Positions 15,854 to 28,070 of a stretch of DNA of 64,000 nt are shown here, piece by piece (within the stretch, counting starts at the first letter, position 1; every line of letters begins with the position of its first letter). The stretch is taken from assembly GCF_024298765.1 (NCBI RefSeq), contig NZ_CP101210.1; one strand, written 5' to 3'. The notes under the pieces were generated by a model. It saw nothing but the letters and a program-made list of their open reading frames with translations. It did not search any database and was not told where the DNA came from. Both the position numbers and the translations under genes were made by a program. The DNA comes from Escherichia coli. Lineage in GTDB: Bacteria; Pseudomonadota; Gammaproteobacteria; Enterobacterales; Enterobacteriaceae.

Positions 15854-16602
15854 TGTCTATTGTGATGCAGTTACAGGATGTTGCGGAGTCTACCCGCCTG
15901 GGGCCGCTTTCTGGCGAGGTTCGGGCTGGGGAGATCCTGCACCTGGTGGGGCCGAATGGCGCGGGTAAGAGTACCTTACTGGCGCGAATGGCCGGAATGA
16001 CCAGCGGTAAGGGAAGCATTCAGTTCGCGGGGCAACCACTGGAAGCATGGTCCGCAACAAAACTCGCGCTGCATCGCGCCTATCTTTCACAACAACAGAC
16101 GCCACCGTTTGCAATGCCGGTCTGGCACTACCTGACACTGCATCAGCACGATAAAACGCGTACCGAACTACTGAATGATGTCGCAGGGGCGCTGGCTCTT
16201 GATGACAAACTCGGACGTAGCACCAATCAACTTTCCGGCGGCGAATGGCAACGCGTACGTCTTGCTGCGGTGGTGCTGCAAATCACACCACAAGCCAATC
16301 CCGCAGGCCAATTGCTGCTTCTTGATGAGCCGATGAACAGTCTTGATGTTGCGCAACAAAGTGCATTAGACAAAATTCTGAGCGCGCTGTGTCAGCAAGG
16401 ACTGGCGATTGTGATGAGCAGTCACGATCTCAACCATACATTGCGTCATGCGCATCGGGCGTGGTTGCTAAAAGGTGGAAAAATGCTGGCCAGTGGACGC
16501 AGGGAAGAGGTGCTCACGCCGCCAAATCTGGCGCAGGCCTATGGGATGAATTTTCGCCGTCTGGATATCGAAGGTCACAGAATGCTGATTTCGACCATCT
16601 GA
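15853..16602 (+). CDS. btuD: Vitamin B12 ABC transporter ATPase (249 aa)
   Basis: Walker [13 protein letters not shown] signature LSGGEWQR, Walker B LLLLDEP; start overlaps btuE stop (TAATG). Confidence 0.95.
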
Positions 16603-16679
16603 TTTCATTAGTATCTTGAAAATCGGGTAATTACGACGCTAAATTAATGCAAGAATAAAAAACAGAGGAACCGTACGGA

Positions 16680-17144
16680 ATGCGTTTCTGCCTTATTTTG
16701 ATCACAGCACTGTTTCTGGCCGGGTGTAGCCACCATAAAGCACCGCCGCCAAATGCCAGACTTTCTGATTCGATTACCGTTATTGCCGGTTTGAACGACC
16801 AGCTACAAAGCTGGCATGGCACGCCGTATCGTTATGGTGGAATGACGCGGCGCGGTGTGGACTGTTCGGGATTTGTGGTTGTGACGATGCGCGATCGTTT
16901 CGATTTGCAGCTGCCCCGTGAAACCAAACAACAAGCCTCTATCGGCACGCAAATTGATAAAGACGAGTTGCTGCCAGGTGACCTGGTCTTTTTCAAAACG
17001 GGCTCCGGACAAAATGGTTTGCATGTAGGTATTTACGATACCAACAACCAATTTATCCACGCCTCTACCAGCAAGGGAGTGATGCGTTCCTCACTTGATA
17101 ATGTCTATTGGCAGAAAAATTTCTGGCAGGCGAGACGAATCTAG
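16680..17144 (+). CDS. nlpC: NlpC/P60-family lipoprotein (154 aa)
   Basis: Lipobox LFLAGC; NlpC/P60 catalytic Cys context (GVDCSGFVV); matches NlpC. Confidence 0.9.
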   Translation: MRFCLILITALFLAGCSHHKAPPPNARLSDSITVIAGLNDQLQSWHGTPYRYGGMTRRGVDCSGFVVVTMRDRFDLQLPRETKQQASIGTQIDKDELLPGDLVFFKTGSGQNGLHVGIYDTNNQFIHASTSKGVMRSSLDNVYWQKNFWQARRI

Positions 17145-17390
17145 TATGTCGAAAAATTGACGGCGATGATACATCGCCGTCAATTTACTCCAGAATACGG
17201 TAGTATTTTGCAGACAAAAATTCCGTAAATGGATTATTCGTTTATAATCAGGATAATCTAAAAAAAGGACCCCTGAAAAAGTGGTTAACATGGAACAAAT
17301 GAAAGTTACTCCTTCTGTAATTGTTATGTCTTATGGCCTCATCCCTTTTAGCCGGATACTGAAAAACATCCTTCGAGAGGGACGGTTACC

Positions 17391-18104
17391 ATGAAGATTT
17401 TTTTGGAGAATCTTTATCATTCTGATTGCTATTTCCTGCCGATAAGAGATAACCAGCAAGACCTTGTCGGCGTTGAGTTAATTACCCATTTCTCCAGTGA
17501 AGATGGTACGGTTCGTATCCCGACGAGTCGGGTTATAGCGCAACTTACCGAGGAGCAACATTGGCAATTATTTTCAGAGCAGTTGGAATTACTAAAATCA
17601 TGCCAACACTTTTTTATTCAACATAAACTCTTTGCCTGGCTTAATTTAACCCCACAAGTGGCTACTTTATTATTAGACAGGGATAATTACGCAGGCGAAC
17701 TATTAAAATATCCGTTTATTGAACTGTTGATTAATGAGAATTACCCGCATCTCGATGAAGGAAAAGATAATCGCGATCTTTTTTCCTTATCGCAAATGTA
17801 TCCCCTTGTGTTAGGTAATTTGGGCGCAGGCAATAGCACAATGAAAGCGGTTTTTGATGGTCTTTTCACCCGCGTAATGCTGGATAAAAGTTTTATTCAG
17901 CAACAAATCACGCATCGCTCCTTCGAACCGTTTATTCGTGCGATTCAGGCGCAAATTTCCCCTTGTTGCAATTGCATCATCGCGGGGGGCATTGATACGC
18001 CAGAAATATTAGCACAGATTACCCCCTTCGATTTCCATGCTCTCCAGGGATGTCTGTGGCCTGCCGTTCCCATAAATCAGATAACGACGTTGGTTCAGCG
18101 ATAA
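17391..18104 (+). CDS. ydiV: Degenerate EAL-domain protein YdiV (anti-FlhD4C2 factor), 237 aa
   Basis: 237-aa ORF; sequence and position between nlpC and selO match YdiV. Confidence 0.88.
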   Translation: MKIFLENLYHSDCYFLPIRDNQQDLVGVELITHFSSEDGTVRIPTSRVIAQLTEEQHWQLFSEQLELLKSCQHFFIQHKLFAWLNLTPQVATLLLDRDNYAGELLKYPFIELLINENYPHLDEGKDNRDLFSLSQMYPLVLGNLGAGNSTMKAVFDGLFTRVMLDKSFIQQQITHRSFEPFIRAIQAQISPCCNCIIAGGIDTPEILAQITPFDFHALQGCLWPAVPINQITTLVQR

Positions 18105-18127
18105 CCCTCCTGTTTGCTGGTGTTTAA

Positions 18128-19603
<1,476 letters not shown>

Positions 19604-19606
19604 AGG

Positions 19607-19798
19607 CTACTTGGTCAACAGCAGCTTGCCAGCCTGAGTTTTACGGAGCAGATATTCTTGCCCGTCATGATCGATAATCAGTTTGCCATCCGGACCTAAC
19701 AGTGTCTGGCTGGTAATTCGCCGGATGGGCTGCGGGGAAGCGGTCTTGTGATTGGCATCCGTTTCAGGCGTGAGTTTTCTGCTATCCGTATAACGCAT
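19607..19798 (-). CDS. ydiE: Hemin uptake protein HemP family (YdiE), 63 aa
   Basis: [28 protein letters not shown]...[27 protein letters not shown]; start taken at the internal ATG to give the 63-aa form. Confidence 0.75.
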   Translation of the reverse strand: MRYTDSRKLTPETDANHKTASPQPIRRITSQTLLGPDGKLIIDHDGQEYLLRKTQAGKLLLTK

Positions 19799-19929
19799 AA
19801 AAATTAATAATAATTTATATAACAATGATTCTTATTATCAATATTATGGCGGGCCAGAGCAAGCAGTAATTTGTTGAGAAGACAACAAGTTGCGCAGAAA
19901 TGCCCATCCCGTCAGGAATGGGCACGCAT

Positions 19930-20976
19930 TCAGAAGCGAGTATCTACCGCAGAGGCGAGTTTTTCGACCAGGCGTTCGGTATCTTCCCAGCCCAGACACG
20001 GGTCGGTAATGGATTGACCGTAAGTGAGCGGCTGACCGCCGACGATTTTTTGCGTTCCTTCGCGCAGGAAACTTTCCGCCATAATTCCAGCAATCGCCGT
20101 AGATCCATTGCGGATTTGCTGACAAATATCCTCACAAACTTCTAACTGGCGTCGGTGCTGCTTCTGGCAGTTACCGTGGCTGAAATCCACCACCAGATGT
20201 TCAGGTAAATCAAACTCGTGCAGCGTATCGCAGGCTGCGGCGATATCATCGGCATGATAATTCGGTTTTTTGCCGCCACGCATAATAATGTGGCCATACG
20301 GGTTGCCGCTGGTCTGATAGATGGTCATCTGACCATTTTTGTCTGGCGAGAGGAACATATGGCTGGCGCGGGCTGCGCGGATAGCATCCACGGCAATCCG
20401 CGTGTTGCCATCGGTACCATTTTTAAAACCTACCGGACAGGAGAGTGCCGAAGCCATTTCACGGTGGATCTGACTTTCGGTAGTACGTGCGCCAATCGCG
20501 CCCCAACTGATTAAATCAGCAATAAACTGACCGGTCACCATATCGAGGAACTCAGTCGCGGTAGGGACGCCCAGCTCATTTACCTGTAAAAGTAATTTGC
20601 GCGCCAGCTCCAGACCGTGATTTACCCGATAGCTGCCGTTTAAATCTGGATCGGAGATTAGCCCTTTCCAGCCGACAACAGTTCGTGGTTTTTCAAAATA
20701 GGTGCGCATTACGATTTCCAGCCGTGACTGGTACTGGTTGCGCAGCGACTGCAGACGGGTGGCGTACTCCATTGCAGCGGTGAGATCGTGGATCGAGCAG
20801 GGGCCAATAATGACCAACAGTCGCTTATCTTCACCATTCAGTATTTTTTCAATTCTGCGGCGGGAGTCGGTGACATGGGTGGCGACGCCAGGCGTTACGG
20901 GATACCGTAGCGCGAGTTCGGCGGGCGTTACCAGGCTCTCAATACGCGCAGTACGGAGTTCGTCAGTTCTGTTCAT
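19930..20976 (-). CDS. aroH: DAHP synthase, Trp-sensitive (348 aa)
   Basis: MNRTDELRTARIESLVTPAELALRYPVTPGVATHVTDSRRRIEKILNGEDKRLLVIIGPCSIHD... matches AroH. Confidence 0.95.
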   Translation of the reverse strand: MNRTDELRTARIESLVTPAELALRYPVTPGVATHVTDSRRRIEKILNGEDKRLLVIIGPCSIHDLTAAMEYATRLQSLRNQYQSRLEIVMRTYFEKPRTVVGWKGLISDPDLNGSYRVNHGLELARKLLLQVNELGVPTATEFLDMVTGQFIADLISWGAIGARTTESQIHREMASALSCPVGFKNGTDGNTRIAVDAIRAARASHMFLSPDKNGQMTIYQTSGNPYGHIIMRGGKKPNYHADDIAAACDTLHEFDLPEHLVVDFSHGNCQKQHRRQLEVCEDICQQIRNGSTAIAGIMAESFLREGTQKIVGGQPLTYGQSITDPCLGWEDTERLVEKLASAVDTRF

Positions 20977-21120
20977 TACAAGTCTCAGAAATTTGTTGCT
21001 TCTACGGCAGGACTACCGGGAAGTGATGCGCATCACGATAAACCAATCGCAGCTGATTTCAAGTGCGAGGTGTGTCACACCTCGCCGGGTGGTTAGCATG
21101 ATAACAAAAAAACAAGCTAA

Positions 21121-21140
21121 TGCACTAGTTCTCTAGTACA
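21121..21140. promoter_or_regulatory. Candidate TrpR operator of aroH
   Basis: Palindrome tGCACTAGTtctCTAGTACa with CTAG cores like trp-type operators; upstream of aroH and overlapping the ppsR stop codon. Confidence 0.5.
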
Positions 21141-21966
21141 TTCGACGGCTAAGGCCCATGATATCGAGGATCTTGGTGGCAATCTCTTCTACCGAATAAT
21201 TGGTACTGTTAATCCACGGGATCTGATTTTTACGGTACAACGCTTCCACTTCCGCGACTTCCATCCTGCACTGACGAAGCGAGGCATAGCGACTGTTCTC
21301 CCGACGTTCCTCGCGAATCGCCGCCAGACGTTCCGGGTCGATAGTCAGGCCGAACAATTTATGCTGAAGCGGTTTGAGCGACGCGGGTAGCACAAGATTA
21401 TCCATATCGTCGGCAATAAAGGGGTAGTTTGCCGCGCGGATACCAAACTGCATTGCCAGATACAGACTGGTGGGGGTTTTACCACAGCGAGAAACGCCGA
21501 GCAGGATCACCTGAGCCTGGTCCAGATTGCGTAACGAAATGCCATCATCGTGGGCGAGGGTGTAATCAATCGCAGCAATGCGCGCATCATATTTATTGAG
21601 ATTATTAGGGTTAAGGCCATGGGTACGATGAGCAATCGGCGTTGGATCCAGTTTCATCTCTTGTTGTAGCGGGGCAACCAGCGCCTGAACGATATCCTGG
21701 CAAAAGCCCTCACTTTGCAAGATGATGGCGCGAATCTCCGGCAACACGATGGAGTAGAAGACCAGCGGGCGCACACCTGTCTGGTGATAAATTGCGTCAA
21801 TCTGATCCTTCACTGCCCGTGCACGGCTCTCATTTTCGACAAACGGCAGCGTAATGCTGCTGATAGTGACGGGAAATTGTGACATTACTGCGTGTCCTAA
21901 TACCTCCGCAGTTATTGCCGTACCATCAGAAATATAAAAAACGTGGCGATCAACAGCATTATCCAT
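21133..21966 (-). CDS. ppsR: PEP synthase regulatory protein (bifunctional kinase/pyrophosphorylase), 277 aa
   Basis: 277-aa ORF divergent from ppsA; P-loop-like GVSRCGKT; matches PpsR (YdiA). Confidence 0.93.
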
Positions 21967-22196
21967 TTTGTTCTTCCCGTGATGCAGACATAATTCTATG
22001 AAAGCATAAATTAAAAACGCACAGAAGCGTAGAACGTTATGTCTGGTTTATAAAATGAACCTTCAATTTTATTTTTTATGAAAACAGCATTTCATTTTTA
22101 CGGTTTCGTTTATACCGATGGTTTATGTGGAAATTGTCGAAGAGAGCAGATTTGCGCAACGCTGGGATCAGTCTTAAAAAGTAAAAAAATATATTT

Positions 22197-22212
22197 GCTT
22201 GAACGATTCACC
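22197..22212. promoter_or_regulatory. Candidate Cra (FruR) site in the ppsA promoter
   Basis: GCTTGAACGATTCACC resembles the Cra half-site pair TGAAnCGnTTCA; about 90 nt upstream of the ppsA ATG. Confidence 0.45.
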
Positions 22213-22298
22213 GTTTTTTTCATCCGGTTAAATATGCAAAGATAAATGCGCAGAAATGTGTTTCTCAAACCGTTCATTTATCACAAAAGGATTGTTCG

Positions 22299-24677
22299 AT
22301 GTCCAACAATGGCTCGTCACCGCTGGTGCTTTGGTATAACCAACTCGGCATGAATGATGTAGACAGGGTTGGGGGCAAAAATGCCTCCCTGGGTGAAATG
22401 ATTACTAACCTTTCCGGAATGGGTGTTTCCGTTCCGAATGGTTTCGCCACAACCGCCGACGCGTTTAACCAGTTTCTGGACCAAAGCGGCGTAAACCAGC
22501 GCATTTATGAACTGCTGGATAAAACGGATATTGACGATGTTACCCAGCTTGCGAAAGCGGGCGCGCAAATCCGCCAGTGGATTATCGACACTCCCTTCCA
22601 GCCTGAGCTGGAAAACGCCATCCGCGAAGCCTATGCACAGCTTTCCGCCGATGACGAAAACGCCTCGTTTGCGGTGCGTTCCTCCGCTACTGCAGAAGAT
22701 ATGCCGGACGCTTCTTTTGCCGGTCAGCAGGAAACTTTCCTCAACGTTCAGGGTTTTGACGCCGTTCTCGTGGCTGTGAAACATGTATTTGCTTCTCTGT
22801 TTAACGATCGCGCCATCTCTTATCGTGTGCACCAGGGTTACGATCACCGTGGCGTGGCGCTGTCCGCCGGTGTTCAGCGGATGGTGCGCTCCGACCTCGC
22901 ATCTTCTGGCGTGATGTTCTCCATTGATACCGAATCCGGCTTTGACCAGGTGGTGTTTATCACTTCCGCATGGGGCCTTGGTGAAATGGTCGTGCAGGGT
23001 GCGGTTAACCCGGATGAGTTTTACGTGCACAAACCGACACTGGCGGCGAATCGCCCGGCTATCGTGCGCCGCACCATGGGGTCGAAAAAAATCCGCATGG
23101 TTTACGCGCCGACCCAGGAGCACGGCAAGCAGGTTAAAATCGAGGACGTACCGCAAGAACAGCGTGACATCTTCTCGCTGACCAACGAAGAAGTGCAGGA
23201 ACTGGCAAAACAGGCCGTACAAATTGAGAAACACTACGGTCGCCCAATGGATATTGAGTGGGCGAAAGATGGCCACACCGGTAAACTGTTCATTGTGCAG
23301 GCGCGTCCGGAAACCGTGCGCTCACGCGGTCAGGTCATGGAGCGTTATACGCTGCATTCACAGGGTAAGATTATCGCCGAAGGCCGTGCTATCGGTCATC
23401 GCATCGGTGCGGGTCCGGTGAAAGTCATCCATGACATCAGCGAAATGAACCGCATCGAACCTGGAGACGTGCTGGTCACTGACATGACCGACCCGGACTG
23501 GGAACCGATCATGAAGAAAGCATCTGCCATCGTCACCAACCGTGGCGGTCGTACCTGTCACGCGGCGATCATCGCTCGTGAACTCGGCATTCCGGCGGTA
23601 GTGGGCTGTGGTGATGCAACAGAACGGATGAAAGACGGTGAGAACGTCACTGTTTCTTGTGCCGAAGGTGATACCGGTTACGTCTATGCGGAGTTGCTGG
23701 AATTTAGCGTGAAAAGCTCCAGCGTAGAAACGATGCCTGATCTGCCGTTGAAGGTGATGATGAACGTCGGTAACCCGGACCGTGCTTTCGACTTCGCCTG
23801 CCTGCCGAACGAAGGCGTCGGCCTTGCGCGTCTGGAATTTATCATCAACCGTATGATTGGCGTCCACCCACGCGCACTGCTTGAGTTTGACGATCAGGAA
23901 CCGCAGTTGCAAAACGAAATCCGCGAGATGATGAAAGGTTTTGATTCTCCGCGTGAATTTTACGTTGGGCGTCTGACTGAAGGGATCGCGACGCTGGGTG
24001 CCGCGTTTTATCCGAAGCGCGTCATTGTCCGTCTCTCTGATTTTAAATCGAACGAATATGCCAACCTGGTCGGTGGTGAGCGTTACGAGCCAGATGAAGA
24101 GAACCCGATGCTCGGCTTCCGTGGCGCGGGCCGCTATGTTTCCGACAGCTTCCGCGACTGCTTCGCGCTGGAGTGTGAAGCAGTGAAACGTGTGCGCAAC
24201 GACATGGGGCTGACCAACGTTGAGATCATGATCCCGTTCGTGCGTACCGTAGATCAGGCGAAAGCGGTGGTTGAGGAACTGGCGCGTCAGGGGCTGAAAC
24301 GTGGTGAGAACGGGCTGAAAATCATCATGATGTGTGAAATTCCGTCCAACGCCTTGCTGGCAGAGCAGTTCCTCGAATATTTCGACGGCTTCTCAATTGG
24401 CTCAAACGACATGACACAGCTGGCGCTCGGTCTGGACCGTGACTCCGGAGTGGTGTCTGAACTGTTCGATGAGCGCAACGATGCGGTGAAAGCACTGCTG
24501 TCGATGGCGATTCGTGCCGCGAAGAAACAGGGCAAATATGTCGGGATTTGCGGTCAGGGTCCGTCCGACCACGAAGACTTTGCCGCATGGTTGATGGAAG
24601 AGGGGATCGATAGCCTGTCTCTGAACCCGGATACCGTGGTGCAAACCTGGTTAAGCCTGGCTGAACTGAAGAAATAA
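22299..24677 (+). CDS. ppsA: Phosphoenolpyruvate synthase (792 aa)
   Basis: [34 protein letters not shown]...; PEP-utilizing enzyme motifs ([21 protein letters not shown]); matches PpsA. Confidence 0.97.
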   Translation: MSNNGSSPLVLWYNQLGMNDVDRVGGKNASLGEMITNLSGMGVSVPNGFATTADAFNQFLDQSGVNQRIYELLDKTDIDDVTQLAKAGAQIRQWIIDTPFQPELENAIREAYAQLSADDENASFAVRSSATAEDMPDASFAGQQETFLNVQGFDAVLVAVKHVFASLFNDRAISYRVHQGYDHRGVALSAGVQRMVRSDLASSGVMFSIDTESGFDQVVFITSAWGLGEMVVQGAVNPDEFYVHKPTLAANRPAIVRRTMGSKKIRMVYAPTQEHGKQVKIEDVPQEQRDIFSLTNEEVQELAKQAVQIEKHYGRPMDIEWAKDGHTGKLFIVQARPETVRSRGQVMERYTLHSQGKIIAEGRAIGHRIGAGPVKVIHDISEMNRIEPGDVLVTDMTDPDWEPIMKKASAIVTNRGGRTCHAAIIARELGIPAVVGCGDATERMKDGENVTVSCAEGDTGYVYAELLEFSVKSSSVETMPDLPLKVMMNVGNPDRAFDFACLPNEGVGLARLEFIINRMIGVHPRALLEFDDQEPQLQNEIREMMKGFDSPREFYVGRLTEGIATLGAAFYPKRVIVRLSDFKSNEYANLVGGERYEPDEENPMLGFRGAGRYVSDSFRDCFALECEAVKRVRNDMGLTNVEIMIPFVRTVDQAKAVVEELARQGLKRGENGLKIIMMCEIPSNALLAEQFLEYFDGFSIGSNDMTQLALGLDRDSGVVSELFDERNDAVKALLSMAIRAAKKQGKYVGICGQGPSDHEDFAAWLMEEGIDSLSLNPDTVVQTWLSLAELKK

Positions 24678-24684
24678 AATAAAT

Positions 24685-24712
24685 CCCCGGCGGCGTTTTG
24701 TCGCCGGGTTTA
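24685..24712. terminator. Bidirectional terminator between convergent ppsA and fadK
   Basis: CCCCGGCGgcgttttgtCGCCGGG hairpin with flanking A/T runs. Confidence 0.6.
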
Positions 24713-24733
24713 TGTGATCCCCGAAGATGAAAC

Positions 24734-26434
24734 TTATTCAATCTCTTCACAGACATCCTGAGTTAATCGCCGCATAATATCTTTCCTTAACAAAAACTTT
24801 TGTATTTTACCTGAGGCTGTGCGCGGTAGTTTTTCGATTACCACGATATGTTCAGGATATTTATATTTCGCGACCCGTTTACGGCTAAAAAATGCCACTA
24901 CATCTTCCAGCGATAATGAATGATGCGGTGCTTTCAGCACGACATAAGCGCATGAACGTTCACCTAAGCGTTCATCGGGCATTGCAACCACACAAGCATC
25001 GTGAATTTTAGGATGCTGCAATAAAATATCTTCTACTTCACGGCTGCTAATATTTTCGCCGCCGCGGACAATAATATCTTTCTTGCGCCCGGTTATTTTT
25101 ATATAGCCAGCCTCATCCATGCGGCAGAGATCGCCGCTGTAATACCAGCCTTCTTCATCCAGCGCACGGGCGGTTAATTCAGGTTCATCAAAATACCCCA
25201 TAAACACATTGGGGCCACGCGAGGCTTCTTCACCTTCGCAACCTGGCGGTAAAGTCTTGCGTGCGTCATCGACCACTTTAATCTCTACACCTGCGGCAGC
25301 GTAACCATCGGTGTGTATAAAGCGCGACAAAGGATCATCGAGATTCACCACCGCATGCGGCGAACTTTCTGTGGAACCATAAACACTTAATAATTTAATG
25401 CCGCGCTGCTGGCATTCACGCGCCACTTTTTTGGGGATTGTGGTACCGCCGCAAAGAAAGAAACGCAGCGCTGAAAGGTCTGCGGGCTGTTTCTCCAGTA
25501 AATTCAAAAGATCATAGACAAACGGCGTTGCGCCGAGCATACAGGTGCAACGCTGCTGCTCAAGCAGCGCGAGACACGCAGCAGGAGTGAAAATATCTAA
25601 CAACACGCTGCGAGCACCAATCAAAAAAGGTGCTGTTACGCCATGCAGAAAGCCCGTTGCGTGACCAAGTGGCGCAGGCATCATAAAGACATCCTGCCAG
25701 GTCAGATTTAGCCGCGCGCAATAAGCCCGCTCACTGGCGAGAATATTGTTATGCGTTAGCATCACGCCCTTTGGCAGACCCTCGGTTCCGGAGGTAAACA
25801 GCACCGCGGCTAATTCATCGCCGTGGACCGTTATCGCCGTGGTCAGAGGAGTATTGTCGGCGATAATCTGACTTAATGAGAGAGCAGAGGTGGCGGGAGC
25901 CAGTTTGTCCACGCCGACAATTTGTTGTAGTTGTGGAAGCTGATTTTGCAGCGGCAGGATTAAATCTACCGGACGCGTTTGTTTAAACAACGTCGGTGCA
26001 AAGAACATTTTTGCCTGACACTTATTGAGCACCCACACCAGTTCTGCTTCTCGCCAGGAAGGCAACAGCGGCACGGAAACCGCACCGGTTTTCAGGCAGG
26101 CAAGATAGATAACGGTAAATTCACACCAGCCTGGCAGTTGAAATGCGATGCGATCGCCTGATTCAATACCCTTCGCTAACATCCAGTTTGCCAGACAGCT
26201 CGCGGCGTGATCGAGCGCGCTATAAGTGTACGTTGCACCATGATTGTCGACCACGGCAATTTTGTCTGGCATCGCACGAGCGGTCTGCTGCCAGTAATCG
26301 GCCAGTGAAGCATCGCCCCATAACCCTTGCTGACGATACGCCGCACGACGTTGTTCGTTGAACGTTAATGTCACTTTCATTTTGGACTCTCGAAACAGAA
26401 CATCAGGCCCGAGATGCGGGCCTGTGGGATGCAT
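24734..26434 (-). CDS. fadK: Short-chain acyl-CoA synthetase (anaerobic), 566 aa ORF
   Basis: AMP-binding enzyme motifs (TSGTEGLPKGV, YGSTE); matches FadK/YdiD; the true start may be a downstream Met. Confidence 0.9.
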   Translation of the reverse strand: MHPTGPHLGPDVLFRESKMKVTLTFNEQRRAAYRQQGLWGDASLADYWQQTARAMPDKIAVVDNHGATYTYSALDHAASCLANWMLAKGIESGDRIAFQLPGWCEFTVIYLACLKTGAVSVPLLPSWREAELVWVLNKCQAKMFFAPTLFKQTRPVDLILPLQNQLPQLQQIVGVDKLAPATSALSLSQIIADNTPLTTAITVHGDELAAVLFTSGTEGLPKGVMLTHNNILASERAYCARLNLTWQDVFMMPAPLGHATGFLHGVTAPFLIGARSVLLDIFTPAACLALLEQQRCTCMLGATPFVYDLLNLLEKQPADLSALRFFLCGGTTIPKKVARECQQRGIKLLSVYGSTESSPHAVVNLDDPLSRFIHTDGYAAAGVEIKVVDDARKTLPPGCEGEEASRGPNVFMGYFDEPELTARALDEEGWYYSGDLCRMDEAGYIKITGRKKDIIVRGGENISSREVEDILLQHPKIHDACVVAMPDERLGERSCAYVVLKAPHHSLSLEDVVAFFSRKRVAKYKYPEHIVVIEKLPRTASGKIQKFLLRKDIMRRLTQDVCEEIE

Positions 26435-26436
26435 GA

Positions 26437-26730
26437 TTAGCCGTAGCGAAATTCAATACCGAAGGTGCCTGCGGGATATTGCCACTGTTCGAGAATAGTG
26501 TTGCCGCACAGCACCCGACAGGTGCCGCACTCCAGACAACCGGCGGAATCGAAATGAATGTTTCCTGCGTCATCCTGCTTATAAAGTCCGGCAGGGCAGG
26601 CTTTCATTAATTTACGGAATTCATTGATATCGGGATTTGCCGCCAGAATGATATGCGGGTGGCCCTCATCAACATGGAATTTATTTACGCCTAATTTGAT
26701 GTCGACGTTAACCGTAGCGTTCTGGCTCAT
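26437..26730 (-). CDS. ydiT: Ferredoxin-like protein YdiT (FixX-like), 97 aa
   Basis: Cys cluster CLECGTCRVLC; matches YdiT. Confidence 0.88.
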   Translation of the reverse strand: MSQNATVNVDIKLGVNKFHVDEGHPHIILAANPDINEFRKLMKACPAGLYKQDDAGNIHFDSAGCLECGTCRVLCGNTILEQWQYPAGTFGIEFRYG

Positions 26731-28016
26731 AGCGCGGTTGCTCCCTTAATGCCATCTTTCAGCAAGTTGATCAGTCCAATTTTCTTCGCGTGTCCCATGA
26801 TCATTTTGCGTACCGGTTGGTTAGGTTTGCCGTCGATGGTGAACATCTCGTTCATGATGTCGGCGACCATTCGTGGGTATTGGCTAAACAGGCGCGGGTT
26901 TTCCATCAGCGCCGGGATCTTGCGAAAATGCTGCATATCACGCATGACGCAGCTTTGTTCCAGCTCACGTTTGTATTGCGCAAGACTGCTGGCGGAGAAA
27001 TCCGCGCGTTCTTTGGCGGCGATCACTGTTGTGGCGGCAGCCTGAGCCGATGCAATGGCTAAATCCATGCCGCGGACCGTAAAACCCAAATTCAGGCAGA
27101 AGCCTGCGGCGTCACCAACGATCATCACGCCATCGTTAACCAGCTGCGGCACCATTGCCAGACCGCCCTCCGGCACCATATGCGCGGAGTATTCAAGCAG
27201 TTTGCCGCCGCTAATCAGCGGGCGAATGGCGGGGTGTTGTTTAAAATCTTCCAGCATTTGCGGCACACTTTTTTGCGCATGGGCGATATCACCCAATCCA
27301 CAAACCAGCCCCAACGATACGGAATCTTTGTTGGTATAGAGGAATCCGCCGCCCATCAGGCCGTCAGAAGGGGAACCGGCAAACAGCCAGGCGGCACCTT
27401 CCTCGCCCGTAACATTAAAGCGATCGTTGATCTGTTCTGGTGTCAGGCCTATAACCTCTTTAACACCAACAGCGTAATGATGCGGATCGGAAGCGGAAAC
27501 CATTCCCAGCGAGCGGCCAAGCATCGAGTTAACGCCATCAGCCAGAATCACCACATTCGCTTCGAGAATATCATCCCCGGCCTGGACGCCAGTGACCTTG
27601 TTTCCTTCACGAACCAGTGCATCGACGCGTACGCCCGGGATAAACTGCGCGCCCGCCTGCTCGGCTTGTTCCATCAACCACGGGTCCAGACGATTACGCA
27701 ATACGGTATAAGACGCGTGTTGCGGAACATCTGGTTGCTCGCGGTGAAAATCGAGGGTAACGGCGCTTTCTTCGGTTAAGAAGGAGATTTTCTCGCGTGT
27801 GACCTTGCGTTCTACCGGCGCTGATGCTGCAAAGCCTGGAATAATTGCGTCAAGTGTGTGGGCATAAAGACGCCCGCCGGTCATGTTTTTACATCCGGCA
27901 CTGTCGCCGCGTTCTATCACCAGGACATCCAGCCCGGCTCGCGCCATGACCAGTGCGGCAACGCTACCGGCAACGCCCGCACCGACCACAATGGCATCAA
28001 ATTTGTCATCCGACAT
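26727..28016 (-). CDS. ydiS: ETF-quinone oxidoreductase-like flavoprotein YdiS (FixC-like), 429 aa
   Basis: N-terminal FAD-binding GxGxxG (DAIVVGAGVAGSVAA); 4-nt overlap with ydiT. Confidence 0.9.
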   Translation of the reverse strand: MSDDKFDAIVVGAGVAGSVAALVMARAGLDVLVIERGDSAGCKNMTGGRLYAHTLDAIIPGFAASAPVERKVTREKISFLTEESAVTLDFHREQPDVPQHASYTVLRNRLDPWLMEQAEQAGAQFIPGVRVDALVREGNKVTGVQAGDDILEANVVILADGVNSMLGRSLGMVSASDPHHYAVGVKEVIGLTPEQINDRFNVTGEEGAAWLFAGSPSDGLMGGGFLYTNKDSVSLGLVCGLGDIAHAQKSVPQMLEDFKQHPAIRPLISGGKLLEYSAHMVPEGGLAMVPQLVNDGVMIVGDAAGFCLNLGFTVRGMDLAIASAQAAATTVIAAKERADFSASSLAQYKRELEQSCVMRDMQHFRKIPALMENPRLFSQYPRMVADIMNEMFTIDGKPNQPVRKMIMGHAKKIGLINLLKDGIKGATAL

Positions 28017-28070
28017 GCGTTATGCTCCCTTCCCGCTGCGTTTACAGCGGGAGATGTGGTTGAAAGGGAA

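Noticed and set aside
22317-23276. 319-aa ORF antisense to ppsA
   Set aside because: Embedded antisense in ppsA; no independent support.
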